Of a DNA stretch of 64,000 nt, positions 35,163 through 49,459 are shown in pieces; position 1 is the stretch's first letter; every line of letters begins with the position of its first letter. Origin of the DNA: Eledone cirrhosa (lineage: Eukaryota); NCBI GenBank assembly GCA_964016885.1, contig CAXHJY010000018.1:35001-99000 (forward strand), given 5' to 3'. The position numbers and the translations under genes are program-made. The notes under the pieces were generated by a model. It made no database searches. It had not been told where the DNA came from and saw only the letters and a list, made by a program, of their open reading frames with translations.

Positions 35163-38100
35163 ATGAAGACGTCGCATCTCAGAGTTGCAACACTTAATAT
35201 TGGCACTCTCAGAGGTAGATCTGCTGAAATAGCGGAGATGCTGGAGAGAATGCATGTGGATGTGTGCTGCGTGCAAGAGGTGAGATGGAGAGGTGCCTCT
35301 GCGAGACTAGTCGTAGGCAAACATCTTAGCTATAAGCTTTTCTGGGTAGGTAAGGATGATGGGTTAGGGGGAGTAGGCATTTTCCTGGCTGAGAGATGGA
35401 TCAATAAGACAATAGAGGTAGTTCGAGTTAGTAATCGAATAATTAAGCTTAGATTAGTTGTAGGCAGGAGACTACTGACAATCATCTCTGCCTATGCTCC
35501 CCAAGCAGGCCTAGGCAAAGATGAGAAAGACTGCTTTTACGAGCAACTTTTACAAACAACCATAATGACAGAGGACGGAGACATCGTTATGCTAGCAGGG
35601 GACTTCAATGGTCATGTTGGACAGCTCCAGGATGGTTATACTGGGGTACATGGTGGGCACGGTTACGGCTCAAGAAATGAAGAAGGAGTGAGACTTCTTG
35701 AATTTTGTGATGCAAGAACACTGACTATTTGCAACACAAACTTCCTGAAACCTGCCAATCACCTAATAACCTACAAATCTGGCGAGCACATAAGCCAGAT
35801 TGACTTCTTACTAGTTAGGCAGCGGGAGAGGCAGATAGTGTCTAATACCAAGGCATACCCTGGGGAAGAATGTACCCCACAGCATAGGTTAGTCGTTAGT
35901 GATATCTCAGTAAGCAAGAGATGGAATGAGACATACAGGAAGGTGTGGAGAAGAAAGGTCTGGAAGCTAAAAGACCTTTCACTAAAATACAAATTTAGGA
36001 AAGCCCTTCAAGATGTATATGACGAAAAAGAAGACGATTTAGAGACGTATGACATAGATAATAACTGTAATTTCTTACGTGACAACTTGCTGAAGGCTAC
36101 TGATGAAACTTGTGGCTGGAGCAGAGCTCCAACCAGACAGAGAGTGACCTGGTGGTGGAACAGCACAGTAGATAAGGCCATTAGAGACAAAAGACTAGCA
36201 TGGAAGGCTTGGAAAAAGGGTGGGAGTAGGCAAGAATATGCAGTCGCTAAGAGTGAAGCTAGACATCAGGTGTACTTAGCATGCAGAGAGGCTGAGAGTA
36301 GGAGGTTTGCCAATGTTCTGCGACGGGAAGATCAGAGGTGTGCGGTGTTCCACATTGCAAGGCAGTGTGTCAATGCAAATCAGGATGTTGTTGGAGATAA
36401 ATGTGTCCGGAACGATGCTGGTGTACTTAGTGTCACGAATGATCAGAAAAAGGAGGCCTGGAAATGTCATTATGAGAGACTGATGAATGTGGAGAACGAA
36501 TGGGAGAGAGAGAAATTACCCTTAGTAGATCCGACAGAGGGACCAGCTATTGAGATTGACGAATATAGGGTCCAAGCGGCGATTAAGGAAATGAAAAATG
36601 GTAAGGCTGCTGGACCATCGGGAATAGTTGCTGAGATGCTGAAGGCATCAGGGGACGTAGGCACTAAACTGGTTGCACGCATCATCAATCAGGCTATATA
36701 TGGTGGTGTCATATCCAAAGACTGGTGCAGCAGTATTCTCATAAATTGCTACAAAGGTAAAGGGAATGCTCTGGAGAGGAGCAATTATAGGGGTATAAAA
36801 CTGATGGATCAGGTTATGAAAGTGGCAGAAAGGATTTTAGCACAACTAATTAGAGAAAGGGTCAAACTAGATGAGATGCAGTTTGGTTTTGTGCCTGGGA
36901 AGAGTACAACAGATGCCCTCGTCTTGGTGAGACAATTGCAAGAGAGGTTCTTAGCGAAGAATAAGCCACTATACTTAGCCTTTGTTGACCTAGAGAAGGC
37001 CTTTGATAGGGTACCCTGATCTGTCATCTGGTGGTCCCTAAGGAAACTAGGTGTTGAGGAATGGCTTGTGCGGACAGTGCAAACTTTGTACAGAGGTACT
37101 CTCAGTGAAGTCAGGGTAGGAATTGAGTTTAGTCAGGAATTCCAGATACAAGTAGGAGTACATCAAGGCTCGGTCCTCAGCCCGCTCTTGTTCATTATAG
37201 TCCTCCAAGCCATAACAGAGGAGTTTAAGACTGGCTGCCCATGGGAACTTCTCTATGCTGACGATCTGGTTCTTATAGCAGAATCAGTAGAGGAGATAGA
37301 GAATAAATTCCGGCTATAGAAACAACAATTGGAAGCAAGAGGACTGAGAGTGAACCTAGCTAAGACAAAAGTGTTGATGAGTAGAAAAGAGGACAAAACT
37401 CTGATTCTACCAGGGAAATGGCCATGTTCGAGATGCAGAAAAGGAACTGCCATAAATTGTATAAAATGCACACAATACAGATCCTGGGTACACAAGAGAT
37501 GTAGTGGGATAGCAGGCAAACTAACAGGTAGGCAGAAATTAGACAGTAGAAGTCGCATTGATAGATACATTTTTCAAATGCAGGAGGGTGCTATGGAAGT
37601 GGTGGATAGCTTCCGGTACCTAGGAGATCAGATTAGCATGGGAGGAGGGTGTTCCGAGGCCATAGTATCTAGAATAAGGACGGGTTGGAAGAAGTTTAGG
37701 GAGCAGCTTCCTCTGCTGCCGAAGAAGGGTTTCTCCCTGCGTACAAAAGGCCGGTTATATGATGCCTGTGTGAGGAGCGCGATGCTGTATGGTAGTGAGA
37801 CATTGGCAGCAACTGCAGAGGATATGTGATGGCTGGAGAGAAATGAGGCAAGCATGCTCCGTTGGATGTGCAGTGTAAATGTGCATGAACCATCCAGCAT
37901 GAATGTGTTGAGAGAGAAACTGTGTCTGAGAGGGATAGAATGTAGTGTATGGGAGAGGAGACTGAGGTGGTATGGACATGTGATGCGCATGGAGGATGAC
38001 CGATGGGCGAAGAAGTGCCAGGAAATCCCAGTTGAAGGAAGACGTGGTAGAGGTAGACCACGAAAAACATTGGTGGAGGTGGTGAGAACAGACCTCAGAT

Positions 38101-38225
38101 CGTTGAAGCTCACGGTGGAGATGACGAAGGACCCTGACGAGTGGAGAGATGCTGTACTGAATAAGACCCGTCCCACCCTTGCGAGCAGGGATGAGCGGAC
38201 GTAAAATGATGATGATGATGATGAT
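35163..38225 (+). mobile_element. RTE LINE family B, full coding span, inactivated
   Basis: APE+RT in one frame broken by stops at 37017, 37317 and 37827; ends cggacgtaaaatgatgatg. Confidence 0.93.
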
Positions 38226-39603
38226 ATACACACACACACTCATATCATATATTCACATACCCAACATATACTGACAAATACCAACAATATGAACTCATCA
38301 GTATAATGTTGTGAAGAACTGCTGAGTTTTCATCATTTCTACCAACCTTTTTGTTCTTTCATGCAATAAATACATATATCTTCAGTTTCTTTCTTTAGTT
38401 TACAAGAAAATGGTGTCAAAAGAACACTTTTTTATTGAAATATTCTTTTCAGACTTTTGAGAACAGTGTATTGATATTTAAAAAAAAGATAATAGAAACA
38501 TCTAAAGGTACTTTATAATATGATGTTATTTCACAGAACATACTTTAGTAAATTAGTAGGGAAAAAAATAATAGTAATCAGAATAGTAATTTCCTATCTT
38601 CTAAGTGAAGAAATGTCTTTTAAACTATTTTTTCTTTGGAAATTATTCAACAACAACAACAAATAAAATAAATGAAAGATTTGATAGCCTCCAAGAAAAG
38701 AGAAATAGATAGAGTGTGAGATGGCTGGACAGATAGATAGGTAGGGGAAAAATACAAACAGAAAGAGTTGATAAAATGTTAAAAAGTTAGAATCTTTTTG
38801 AAAATTGTAATGGTAGAGGGAGGAAAGTTTCTGGAATTTGGGTGAAATAGGAAAGGACAGAAAGGAAGTAAGAAATTAGAATCTTTTATGATACAATATG
38901 CAGGGAGAGAAAGGATTTGTTGCAATGTGGGGTGGTAAAAATAAATGAAAAGGGAAGACCTAGTTCTGGGGAAAGTGAAAGTAGTATATTTAAGAATTGA
39001 ACAAAAGGCAAGAAAAAAAAAAGCAATAATTGCAGAAGTAAATCTGAGGGAAACATTCTTTGGAAAAATTATAAAGGTGGAATTCTTGGAAAAATATGAA
39101 TAAATAAATAATATGAATTGATATACATTTGAAGCTGTTAAAAAGAAGATAAGAACAGGAATACTGTTCAACACAACACATAGCTCTGATCAAAAATAGT
39201 CAATCAATTCACTATTTATTGCTATATGTAGCACAATGGATAAATCAATTTTCATCCTATATTATTTTATATAACATGAGGTAGTACTGGGACCACGATA
39301 AAATGTACACAGCTGACTCTGTAAAGTATGATAAAAACCACTCAGTTCACACTGTATGGTGCCACTACAAAAAGCACATATTCTACCCTGTAATGGCTGT
39401 AGTACTGGAGTCAGAATAAATTCCTCCCAGTACACATTGTAAAGTGACACCCATTGTAAAGTAAGCCCAAAACAGAGTGTATGAACAAGACGTGGTTACC
39501 TTACCTGTCTAACTTCAGTTCATGACAGCAGGGACCAGATATAGATCTTGTGGGGGCCCGGGGTAGTTCAGGTTTGGTGGGCTCCTCATATAACAACACA
39601 TAA

Positions 39604-39651
<48 letters not shown>

Positions 39652-39696
39652 ATATATATATATGTGTGAGTGTATATATATATATATGTCACTCTT

Positions 39697-39878
39697 GAGT
39701 GCTACTGGTAACATGTAAACCAGTACAACCTGTCACATGGTCGGGTCGTCAGCAACTAAACTGGCAACCCCACCAAGTTTACTTGGTGAGGAGGGTGATT
39801 TTGAACACCCTGCAGGACAAAAAACAAAACCTGACAAAAGAGCGGAAGAACTCATAAGAGTCAACGGCCATCCAAAAA
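39697..39878 (+). repeat. Dispersed ~180-bp repeat, second copy 41557-41733
   Basis: gtgctactggtaacatgta...actaaactggcaaccccaccaag...agagtcaa.ggccatccaaaa in both. Confidence 0.85.
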
Positions 39879-39941
39879 TGTGTAAATATGTACATACACA
39901 TGTCCATATGTATGTGTATGTATATGCGTGTGTATATGCCT

Positions 39942-40661
39942 GAGCTGTCAGGGAGAGGCATGTACCTCTGTAGAGAGGGCTAGCCATGCCCTTTTTAGGA
40001 CAGCTCGTCCTGCATTGAGTCCCACCTGACACTCAGCTCTCACGTGTGGCCCCAAGAAGTTGTAGCATATGACAGCGGCCACACCCCAGTAAACCGCCTT
40101 GGCTGGCAGACCGAACCAGGTTGAGGGTAGACGGACGTGTCTGAAACCCCCCGGTGAGTTAGATAGGGGATGCCTGCCCCTGCATGCGAAGACTGGACCC
40201 AGCAGAGTGAGTGAAAGAGAACAACATCGTCCCAACAGTCACAAAGGCGGTGACAGCAAGCGGTGTGGAGCGCTAGGGCGGGCAAGGCACTACAGATGTC
40301 ATGGCCATCCACTGCAGCCAAGGAAGTCCCTGGGCATGATGGTCCTCAGTACCACCGGATTCTGGCTTCTGCGGCCGAGTGAGTGGGACCATCACTGTGC
40401 ACTGGCCCTCCCACTATAAACCTTTCCTGAACAGGTTTCTTCTTTAGTGTGCACTCCCAAAGCCCTGTGGCGATGGGCGAGAGGTGGAGGTAACCTCCGG
40501 GAGTTTCCAGTCTGACTCCGGTCTCTTCCCCTGCCCCCACTGTCCCCGGACCTGCAAGTCAAGGATTGGCCTCCACAGCCACCTTCGTGCTGACAGCAGA
40601 CAGGAACAACAATAAAGAAGATGTCATCATCGTTTACGATGGACAACCAAGAAAGAAGAAG
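39942..40661 (+). mobile_element. GC-rich non-coding insert, possible non-autonomous RTE derivative
   Basis: Sharp GC rise, no long ORF, ends gatggacaaccaagaaagaagaag before (TA)n. Confidence 0.45.
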
Positions 40662-40681
40662 ATATATATATATATATATAT

Positions 40682-40800
40682 GAGAAAGTATTACCCCGAC
40701 AGCAGAGCTGAAGCCGTTTTGACGGCCAAGAACATCCCACTTTCGTCCAGAAATAGCCGTCAAAACGGCTTGAACTCTGCCGTCGGGGTCATACTTTCTC
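40682..40800. repeat. Inverted repeat, ~44-bp arms
   Basis: gagaaagtattaccccgacagcagag...gacggc pairs with gccgtc...ctctgccgtcggggtcatactttctc. Confidence 0.88.
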
Positions 40801-41486
40801 CTATTACCCACTCTACTACCCTAAGTATTGAGTACTCTGGTGCGTTATGGTCCATCTGGTTCCTTACCACAACTCCTCCGTTATATATATATATACAGTA
40901 GTTATACTTGGGGAGGGTCATATTGTTGTAATAATATTGCCAGAAATAATAACAGAACACACTCACTGTTTGGTTGGTTTTTGCTTCTGTATCTTTTATA
41001 TCTCCATAGTTAATTCATTTGGCAATCAACATTTATCATTGATTGACCAACAGTTAAAAATACAGATATAAATATATATATATAGTCTATCAAAGTTCTT
41101 TCATTGCACATCTGCACATCATCAGTGGTACTATTATGTTTCCTCCTGTTGTATTGTATGTCTACGCCATTTTTATTTAATTTATTTATTTATTTATTTA
41201 TTTATTTATATTCCCCTTAAGTCAGTATTGTTTGTTTGGGTATGGTTGTTGTTGTTATTCAATTCATTTTTTCTGTTTAACTTTGGTCTTCTTAGTTCTA
41301 TCTCAGTTGCTTCTCTGATTTGCCTACCTGTTGAGTCATTTCTATGTTTTAGATATTATTTTAATTTCTATGTTGTCTATATTACCGTCATGTCTTTGTC
41401 TGGTGTGTTCGTATAGTACTGAACCGTTTTTTTGTCCTTTTAGTTCTCCCCGGAGTTGGTCTATTCTTTCTTTTATGCTATGTGTG

Positions 41487-41539
<53 letters not shown>

Positions 41540-41912
41540 GTCAGGTCACCAGTTGGTGCTACTGGTAACATGTATCCCAGTAGAACCTGTTTCATTGTCG
41601 GGTCCTTGATGACTAAACTGGCAACCCCACCAAGGTTTCTTGGTGAGGAGGGTGACTTTGGACATCCTGCAGGACTAAAAACAAAACCTGTCAAAGGGCA
41701 AAGGAGCTCTTAAGAGTCAATGGCCATCCAAAATCAGCGGGCGAGATGACCCCTTAGCCTTTGTCAAGGCAGAATTCTAGGAGAAGGAAAACTCTGATAT
41801 AACACCTGCAACCCTGATGGTATCCAATGATGTTGACTTGTTCTTCTTTTTGGTAAATATCATCTTGGTTAAGAGAGTGGGACTGGCTTTGTGCAGTGCC
41901 TTTGCTCACAAT

Positions 41913-42312
41913 AAAAGCTTCACGGCACAGGCATTGCTTTATATCTGGAGATCTCTCTGCACTTGTCATCACAGGGTACAATGGGCCCAGCACTATGTGT
42001 CAGTAATTGTCACAAGTGTAGTGTTTGTACCAGAGTTTTCAAGTCGCTTGCTGGACTAAAAAGTCACACTCGTACAGCGCATCAGTAGAGGTTCTCCTAC
42101 ATGGATATAAAGCTTCACGGCACAGGCATTGCTTTATATCTGGAGATCTCTGATCTCTCTGCACTTGTCGTCACATGGTACCATGGCCCAGCACTATGTG
42201 TCAATAATTGTCACAAGTGTAGTGTTTGTACCAGAGTTTTCAAGTTGTTGGCTGGACTAAAAAGCCACACTTATTCAGCGCATCGGTAGGGGTTCTTCTA
42301 CATGGATATAAA
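41913..42312. repeat. Tandem duplication of about 195-200 bp
   Basis: aaagcttcacggcacaggcattgctttatatctggagatctct...ctacatggatataaag occurs twice. Confidence 0.9.
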
Positions 42313-42348
42313 GTAGTGGCCGTACTCGAAAACGAGTTGGCAGCCACC

Positions 42349-42379
<31 letters not shown>

Positions 42380-42856
42380 CATATACATATATACATATAT
42401 ATATATACATACGCAGAGCAGAGAGGGAGAGAGAGATAGAGAGATAGAGATAGATAGATAGAGAGAGAGAGAGAAAGAGAGTGGGTCCTGTTCAGAGATG
42501 AGGGTCCAGAAAAACCCTAACAAGATTGGATATGGTATAAATTGGGATTATTACTTTAACACTCTTCTGAAGTGATAAAAAGTTAATGTAAGCTTTTGGG
42601 CTACATCCTTCAAAACAGAAACAATGGTGGAAAAAATGGTGGAAAAAGATAGAGGAACAAAGCACATGTCATTGTTTACAGAATGACAAGTTTGAAGAAG
42701 AAAGTGGTTGGCAAGTTAAGAATAACCGTGAGAGAAGAGTGAATGGTAGAATGATATCTGAAGTACAAACACGAAACAGATCCCATGTGAAACAGATTTC
42801 TTCAAATACCCAGGAAGATCCCTAGACATTGTTTAACAGTTTTTTGCTATCTAGGT

Positions 42857-43072
42857 CAGGCATGTCAAACATGCAGGCCACGGGCTGTATGTGGCCCTTT
42901 ACAAGCAAACCTGCGGTCCGCTTAAGGTTTTTACAGCGCAAACATGTTTTACCTTCATAATATAAAATAAAAAAATAGTTGTAATGTGCGCAATTAGTTG
43001 TCATGTGTGGCCCTCAGACAACACATATGTGACCCACATGGGCCTCGGGGGACCCTCAGTTTGACATGCCTG
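42857..43072. mobile_element. hAT (Charlie-like) MITE
   Basis: Perfect 14-bp TIR caggcatgtcaaac and exact 8-bp TSD atctaggt. Confidence 0.93.
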
Positions 43073-43349
43073 ATCTAGGTGATCTAATCAACTGCTGCTG
43101 GAGCTGGCTGGTTTTCTGTGTTGCATTTTGTGGTAATTTTAGCTATATATGTTTAGTTGAGTTTTTGTTACTTTCTGTTGTGCTTGGATATTTTTGTCTT
43201 TTCAATTTTCTTATCTATATTGTGCATCTTTGTTTAAAGATTGGTGTGTTTATCTGGTTTTTTTTTGTATGCATTTGTGTGACTTTTCTCCAATCAATAT
43301 CTAGCTTTGAACATCCTAACTGGCTTATAAAATAATTTATTTATAATTT

Positions 43350-43660
43350 ACCATGCTGCAACACATTCTCTGCCTCTAACTGTGTCACTTCAGCCACAAA
43401 CCCATGCACTGCTGCCTGTAACGAGGAGGAGAGGAAGATACCCAAATACTAGGACTTGACCAAATACTTTCTTTTTGTGCCAGTTGCTGTCAAAACCTCT
43501 TGTGTCCTCTGTCCTTGTACTGCTGCCTTCCTCTGTAAAATTGGGAGGAGTGTATTCCACCTAAAGAAGGAGCCTCGTGTAGCAGAGTAACTGATGTAGT
43601 GGGTATCACTGCTTATTGTCTGCTGTAATGCCTTTGATATTTTATCAATGGAGTACAGTT
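43350..43660 (+). mobile_element. Degenerate CRE-like endonuclease fragment
   Basis: KYFLFVPVAVKTSCVLCP...KIG...EPR parallels the 49460 copy. Confidence 0.6.
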
Positions 43661-46600
43661 AAGGAATACTGCCTAAACAAGGGTGTACAATCTGCTACTC
43701 CATCCTCCCTGCTTTCCCTTACTTTTGCTATTTAATTTCTCTTTTTCTCTTTCTTTTTTTTTTGTAAACATTATTTAATCCAATTGGAAATTTGTTGAAT
43801 AAAAATTTATCCAATATATCATCCCATATTTCATGAACTAGGGACTGTCACTTCACATGCTGGAACTAGATGTCAAATCTCATTGAAAACACCATACCAT
43901 GTACTTACTGGTATTTTTATACTTACTACTTTAAGTAGAAAATAAATAGCCATACATTTATTTAGAAAGAATTAGAGCATACTGATGATTCTCCATTGAC
44001 TCTTTATGTGTAATTAAACAAAGAGCGTCATTTAATAGGTAATTATCTGGTTTTAATGAAGATTTACAATAATAGAACTAATGCTGGGTTCTCTTTTTAA
44101 CAGTTTCTTTAATTAACTGCTTTCTAATATAGTCACTTGAGTTACTTTGCTTTAACTTCCCCCACAAATTACATTATTATCTCTGCCTCTATTACTTCTA
44201 CATCAAGTAATTTCTCTTACTCCATCTTCTGTTAGCATGCTGCTCAATAGCTTTTCTTTGTTCTTTCCTTTAGGAATATAAATTATTTGGGATTTCAACA
44301 ACCCAAATCATTTGACTAATGTTCAAATATTTCCCATAACCTCTGAAGATTGTTACAAGTGTAGTTTGATTAGGCTCTTTCATTTTTTTACTCTATAAAA
44401 TTAAAATTTGGAAATTATTAACTTAAAAAATCATAACAGAGGTGATGTGTGCACCAGGTGCTTTTTATTGTGGATAAGCACTACCACTTTACAGAGTGAG
44501 CTGTGTGTATTTTATAGTGGCATCTTCACTAACTCGGTTGCTCAGCATGTCCTTGGTCAGTTTGGGAAAACATTGATGGCAGTGGGTGTGGTGTAATTCT
44601 AACAACCTTAATTTTATTTCTAGCATTAACTCTCACATATGCTTCTTTCTACACCTCTACCTTCACCAAAACAAACAATAAAACATAAAATGCACACTAT
44701 TTTTTAAACAAATTTTATCTCATTTATTATATTTTATTTTATTCTAACTTCTCCCTCTCAGCTCCCTATAGCTCACTCTTCTTATCTTTCCCTGAACTGC
44801 AAAAGTCTACACAACCCATTATACATAAATGTATACTTACAAACAGAAGTACTTGTATAAATATTATGACACACTGATTTCTGTTGAAGTTGGTTTCAAT
44901 TTATGACCCAGTTTTGAGTATTACAAGACCATATATATCTACCCTGATCACTTTCTCTACACCTTTTCATGCTCATTTGGGTTGGACAGGTTGTCACTGT
45001 CTGATATAAGACAAGTTGGAACAACCAATCTTGCTTATTACATGCCATATATGGCATGGCTTCTATGGTTGGATGCCCTACCTAACATCACCCACATTAC
45101 ATGCATTTTTCATGACACCAAAACTGCAACTTTGCAGAGTGTACTGGATGCTTTGAGTTTATTCTGTCCGTCAGCTATCATATATCTGGCACCTAGAATG
45201 TGACAACTAGTGTCAATAAACAGACATAATATTATGGGATATAATTCCTATTGTAATATTTTAGGTCAATTGCTTTGGTTATTGTTAGAGTTGTGAAGTT
45301 CATTTATGTTCTTATAATTATTTTTAATGCAGGTTTTCATTGCTTGTTTTTGATAGATTTATATTATAATTTGAAGCCAAGGTCATATTAAGATCTTTAG
45401 AGGTCCTAAGCGATGAGGAGATTATGACATTCCCTTATACTGTATATGGAACAAAACTATACTGACTGGATAAAAACTGTATGATGGCCATCTTAACTTG
45501 AGTCCTTAAGCACATACTTATCTTGCTTAATGGTTAATCCAGCCCTAAATGCAAGTGATTCTAAATAATGTGCTAGACTTAGTCTACAGGAGAGATTTTG
45601 CTTATATATGCTCCAATAAATATTTTTTTCATTTCACGTCTATTTTATGCACACACAGACACACACACACACACACACAGACACACATATATACACACAC
45701 ACATGAAAACCTACAATAACTGGAAAACTGACTAAGTGTAACCCATCACAACAGTCAAAATAAAACTGATATAATCTTAGCAACAGACTTATATATTTGA
45801 GAAAAAAAAAATGTAGATCTAAAAGAATTATTATGTCATAAACCTATCAATGCTTACAAATATCTAAAGGAGTATAAAGATATATACATAACAGTTAAAA
45901 AGAAAGAAAAGAAATAAGCTTATTTGAAGGAATAAATATTATATATAGTGCTGCTACCACAGAAAGCATCCAGTCTACCCTGTACTGGTGGCACAATAAA
46001 AGACTGCAGTCCACCCTGTAAGATGGTAATGCCAGAGTCATGATAAAATGCTCCCAGTATATGCTGTAAAGTAGTTGGTGCTATGAAGAGCATCTAGCCA
46101 AAGAAACCAAGCCCCAAACAGAGCAGACAAGTAAGACATGTCACCTCACCAGTCTAGCCTCAGTATGTGACAACCTGTTTAACCCATGCAAGGATAGAAA
46201 ATAAATGTTAAATGATGTTGATGATAGTGATAGAGGAGTATTAAAACCAAAAATATGGAACTGCTTCATGAAAGAAATAATTTTTCAATAATGGATTTTA
46301 TTTTTAAAAATTTCTATTGGACCGTATCAGTAAAAGAGGGGACTTAAATATGATGAATAATGCTTGCCATTTTAAAATCCTTCAATTTATTTGATGTCAT
46401 CAATAATATTTTTCAATTGTCAGTTTCATATCTAAATAATAGCTATGACATTATCTTAAAAGCTTTATAGTTTCATTCAATATCTTTAAAAATTACTCAA
46501 ATAATGTGAACTTTTAGTCATGTTTTGTTTTTACAACTCCAGTAATTCAATACCTGATAAGATTTGATAATATCACTTATTTCATCCACAAGAGAAACAC

Positions 46601-47902
46601 AATTGTAATGTACAACAACTCTATAGAAGATGGCAGCTTCAGAACAGAGACAAAAATATAGAAGTTTGATGTATTAGGTTCTGTATATATCATTTTAGCT
46701 ACATCACATTTTCAGTCAAATGAAATTTAAGGTACGTACCACTCACAGTGAATTTCTTCTATATTTACCAAACTAAGATTAATGTTTTTACCTACTATAG
46801 TATTAAGCAATCAGTGGCATTAAAAGTGTAAAATCTTTTTGCAAGCTTAAAAGTTATTTTCACTTTAGAATCAAACATTCTAACTTAGAGAGAAAAAATA
46901 TGAAAACAAATCTTTCAAATAAATTTCACTGCTTTTTAACTGATTATCATCCTTCTTAAAGGTAAGTTAGAAATAAGCTTCTTACAGTTGGATTTTAACA
47001 AATGTTACAAATAAATGAACTATTTCTGACTTTAATGATATTTTATTGAAACATGTAAAATCAGGAGCCTGCTTGCTGTAGTATTTTAACTATTTTTAGG
47101 GAAATATCTTTATATTTTAATATAAAAAATTAACATTTTTAGATATTAACCTTAGAGGAAAAAATCTGCAAGAAATTTAAGTAGTATTTTTGTTTCGCAT
47201 ATTTTCATGTAAATGTTATCAAAGAGTTTCACATTCATATAGCTGATATTATTAATACAATGTTGTAATCTTTTTTATTTTTAGATTGACAATCTATGTG
47301 TATCTGGTTTAGAATATGTATGCCCATATCCCTGCATGTTATAAAAGGCAACTAAAAGGGTTGGTGTGATGAAAAGCATCTGTCTGTAAAATATTGTCTC
47401 AAAAACTACTGTCCAACACATGCCAGTAGGGAAAGATCAATGTTTAAATGATGATGATGATGAATCCATTGATACCATGTAATTTGTAAAAGGCTTGAAA
47501 ATGATTCAACTAGCAAATACTAACCTCTTTGACACCTGACTTTTATATGTGTATGTTTTAATCTAACACTTATATTATAATGCATTACCATGACAGCTGT
47601 TTGAATACATGCTTGCTTCATTAAACTTACAAGCTGACTTCATTATCTCTATCAAATTCAATTTCGAACACAAAATCCCCACTAATAAGTAATTTATATA
47701 ACTTCCTCAAAAATCTCTCATCTTTAGTTTTCTTAACATCTTGAATTAGTAGCAAAGAAAAGATTTGATTGGAAAACTCAGAAATTACATGAGAAAACTT
47801 AGAAGTATAGCTCCAATCAACTGGCTGGAACCAGAAAAAGAGTAAAACAAAACATCTACACATTTTGCTCCTCCAGAAACATCATAAGCCAGATGTCATT
47901 AT

Positions 47903-48927
47903 TAGGGTGGTGGTTTGGCAGTATCGGTAGAGGGTCGGACAACAGGTTTTGCAGCACAGAGTTATGCCCCTTTCTGATCTAAGTTCAAATCCTGCCGAGG
48001 TTAACTTTGCCTTTCATCCTTACAGGGTCGATAAAATAAAGTACCAGTAATGCACTGGGATAATTGCTGGCCTTGTGCCAAAAGTAGAAACAATTATTCA
48101 GTATCGGTAGAGGGTCGGACGCCATGCTTTACAGCATAGAGTTACGATCCTTTACGGTCTGAGTTCAAATCCCGCCGAGGTTAACTTTGCCTTTCATCCT
48201 TACGGGGTTGATAAAATAAAGTACCAGTAACGTACTGGGGTCAATTTAATCAACTTCCCCTCCCCCCAAATTACTGGCCTTGTGCCTATACTAGAAATCA
48301 TTATTGTAAGGGTGAAAGATATACAGAATCATTAGATTGTTGGATAAAATGCTTTGTAGCATTTAGTTTCAGCTCTTTATGTTCCGAGTTCAAATTCTGA
48401 AGTCAACTTTGCCTTCCATTTTTTCATGGCTGATAAAATGAAGTAGCAGTCACGCACAGGCTTTGATTTAATCACTTTCCCTTATCTCCGATTGCTGGCC
48501 TTATAGCTAAATTAGACATCATTATTGATACTCATAGGGCGGTGGATAAGCAGAATTAGTAGACTATTGGATAAAATGCCATTGTTGTATTTATTCTTGC
48601 TCTTCACATTCTGAACATTCTGAGTTCAAATCCTGTCAACATTAACTTTGTCTTTCATCCTTCAAGGGCATCATTCAAGTACTGGGGTTAATGTAATTGA
48701 GTTTCACCTACCAAAAAATTGTTGGCCTTGTACCTAAATTAGAAACCGGGGCATTGAATTATGGCCCTTTACATTCTGAGTTCAAATCCAGCCGAGGTTA
48801 TCTTTGACTTTTATCCTTATGGAGGTTGATAAAATAAAGGACCAGTCACGCACTGAGGTCGATTTAATCGACTTTTTCCCCTCCACTTCAAATTGCTGGC
48901 CTTGTACCTAAAGTAGAAACCATTATT
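47903..48927 (+). mobile_element. Head-to-tail cluster of about 5 SINE family 1 copies
   Basis: B box gttcaaat + core + ggccttgt..agaaac tail repeated near 47980, 48160, 48387, 48622, 48778. Confidence 0.9.
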
Positions 48928-49459
48928 TATACTAGTATTTACCTTCACACTTTCCAACCTCATACTAATACTATTCCCCCTTCCTCCTGTAAATACCACA
49001 TGGAATCATTCATCAGCATAAAAAGTAATTTCTTTCCAATTCGTTTCTTGAAATATTGTTAAGGTTTCAGCAGAGATAATAAATATACTAATATCAGTGG
49101 AGATGATTACACCCTGCCTTCTAAAATAATTGTTCTTGTGTCTAATTAAGAAATCAATTTATACTTTGAAGAATACAACACAAAAAGTCTTGATACTTAT
49201 TGGGACAAGTGAGAAAAATAATCAATATTCAACGTGTTAAATTTCACCTTAATTTCCAGTGCATTGATTATATATTTTGTCTGTGAAAAGTAAAACTTAA
49301 ATTAGTTAAGATATTTCAATATATAAATACAATAAGAGTAGATTTGCTGTTATAAAGTACTAGATACCATGCCAGTACTTGTAAGAGGCTGTAGAGGGAA
49401 ATGGAGAGAAGGTAAACTTAAACAGAAAAATAGTTACAAAAGTGTACAGCTTTGATGCT

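Noticed and set aside
42560-42620. Further hammerhead on the minus strand
   Set aside because: Only a decayed ttgaagga...caaaagct trace; core boxes incomplete.
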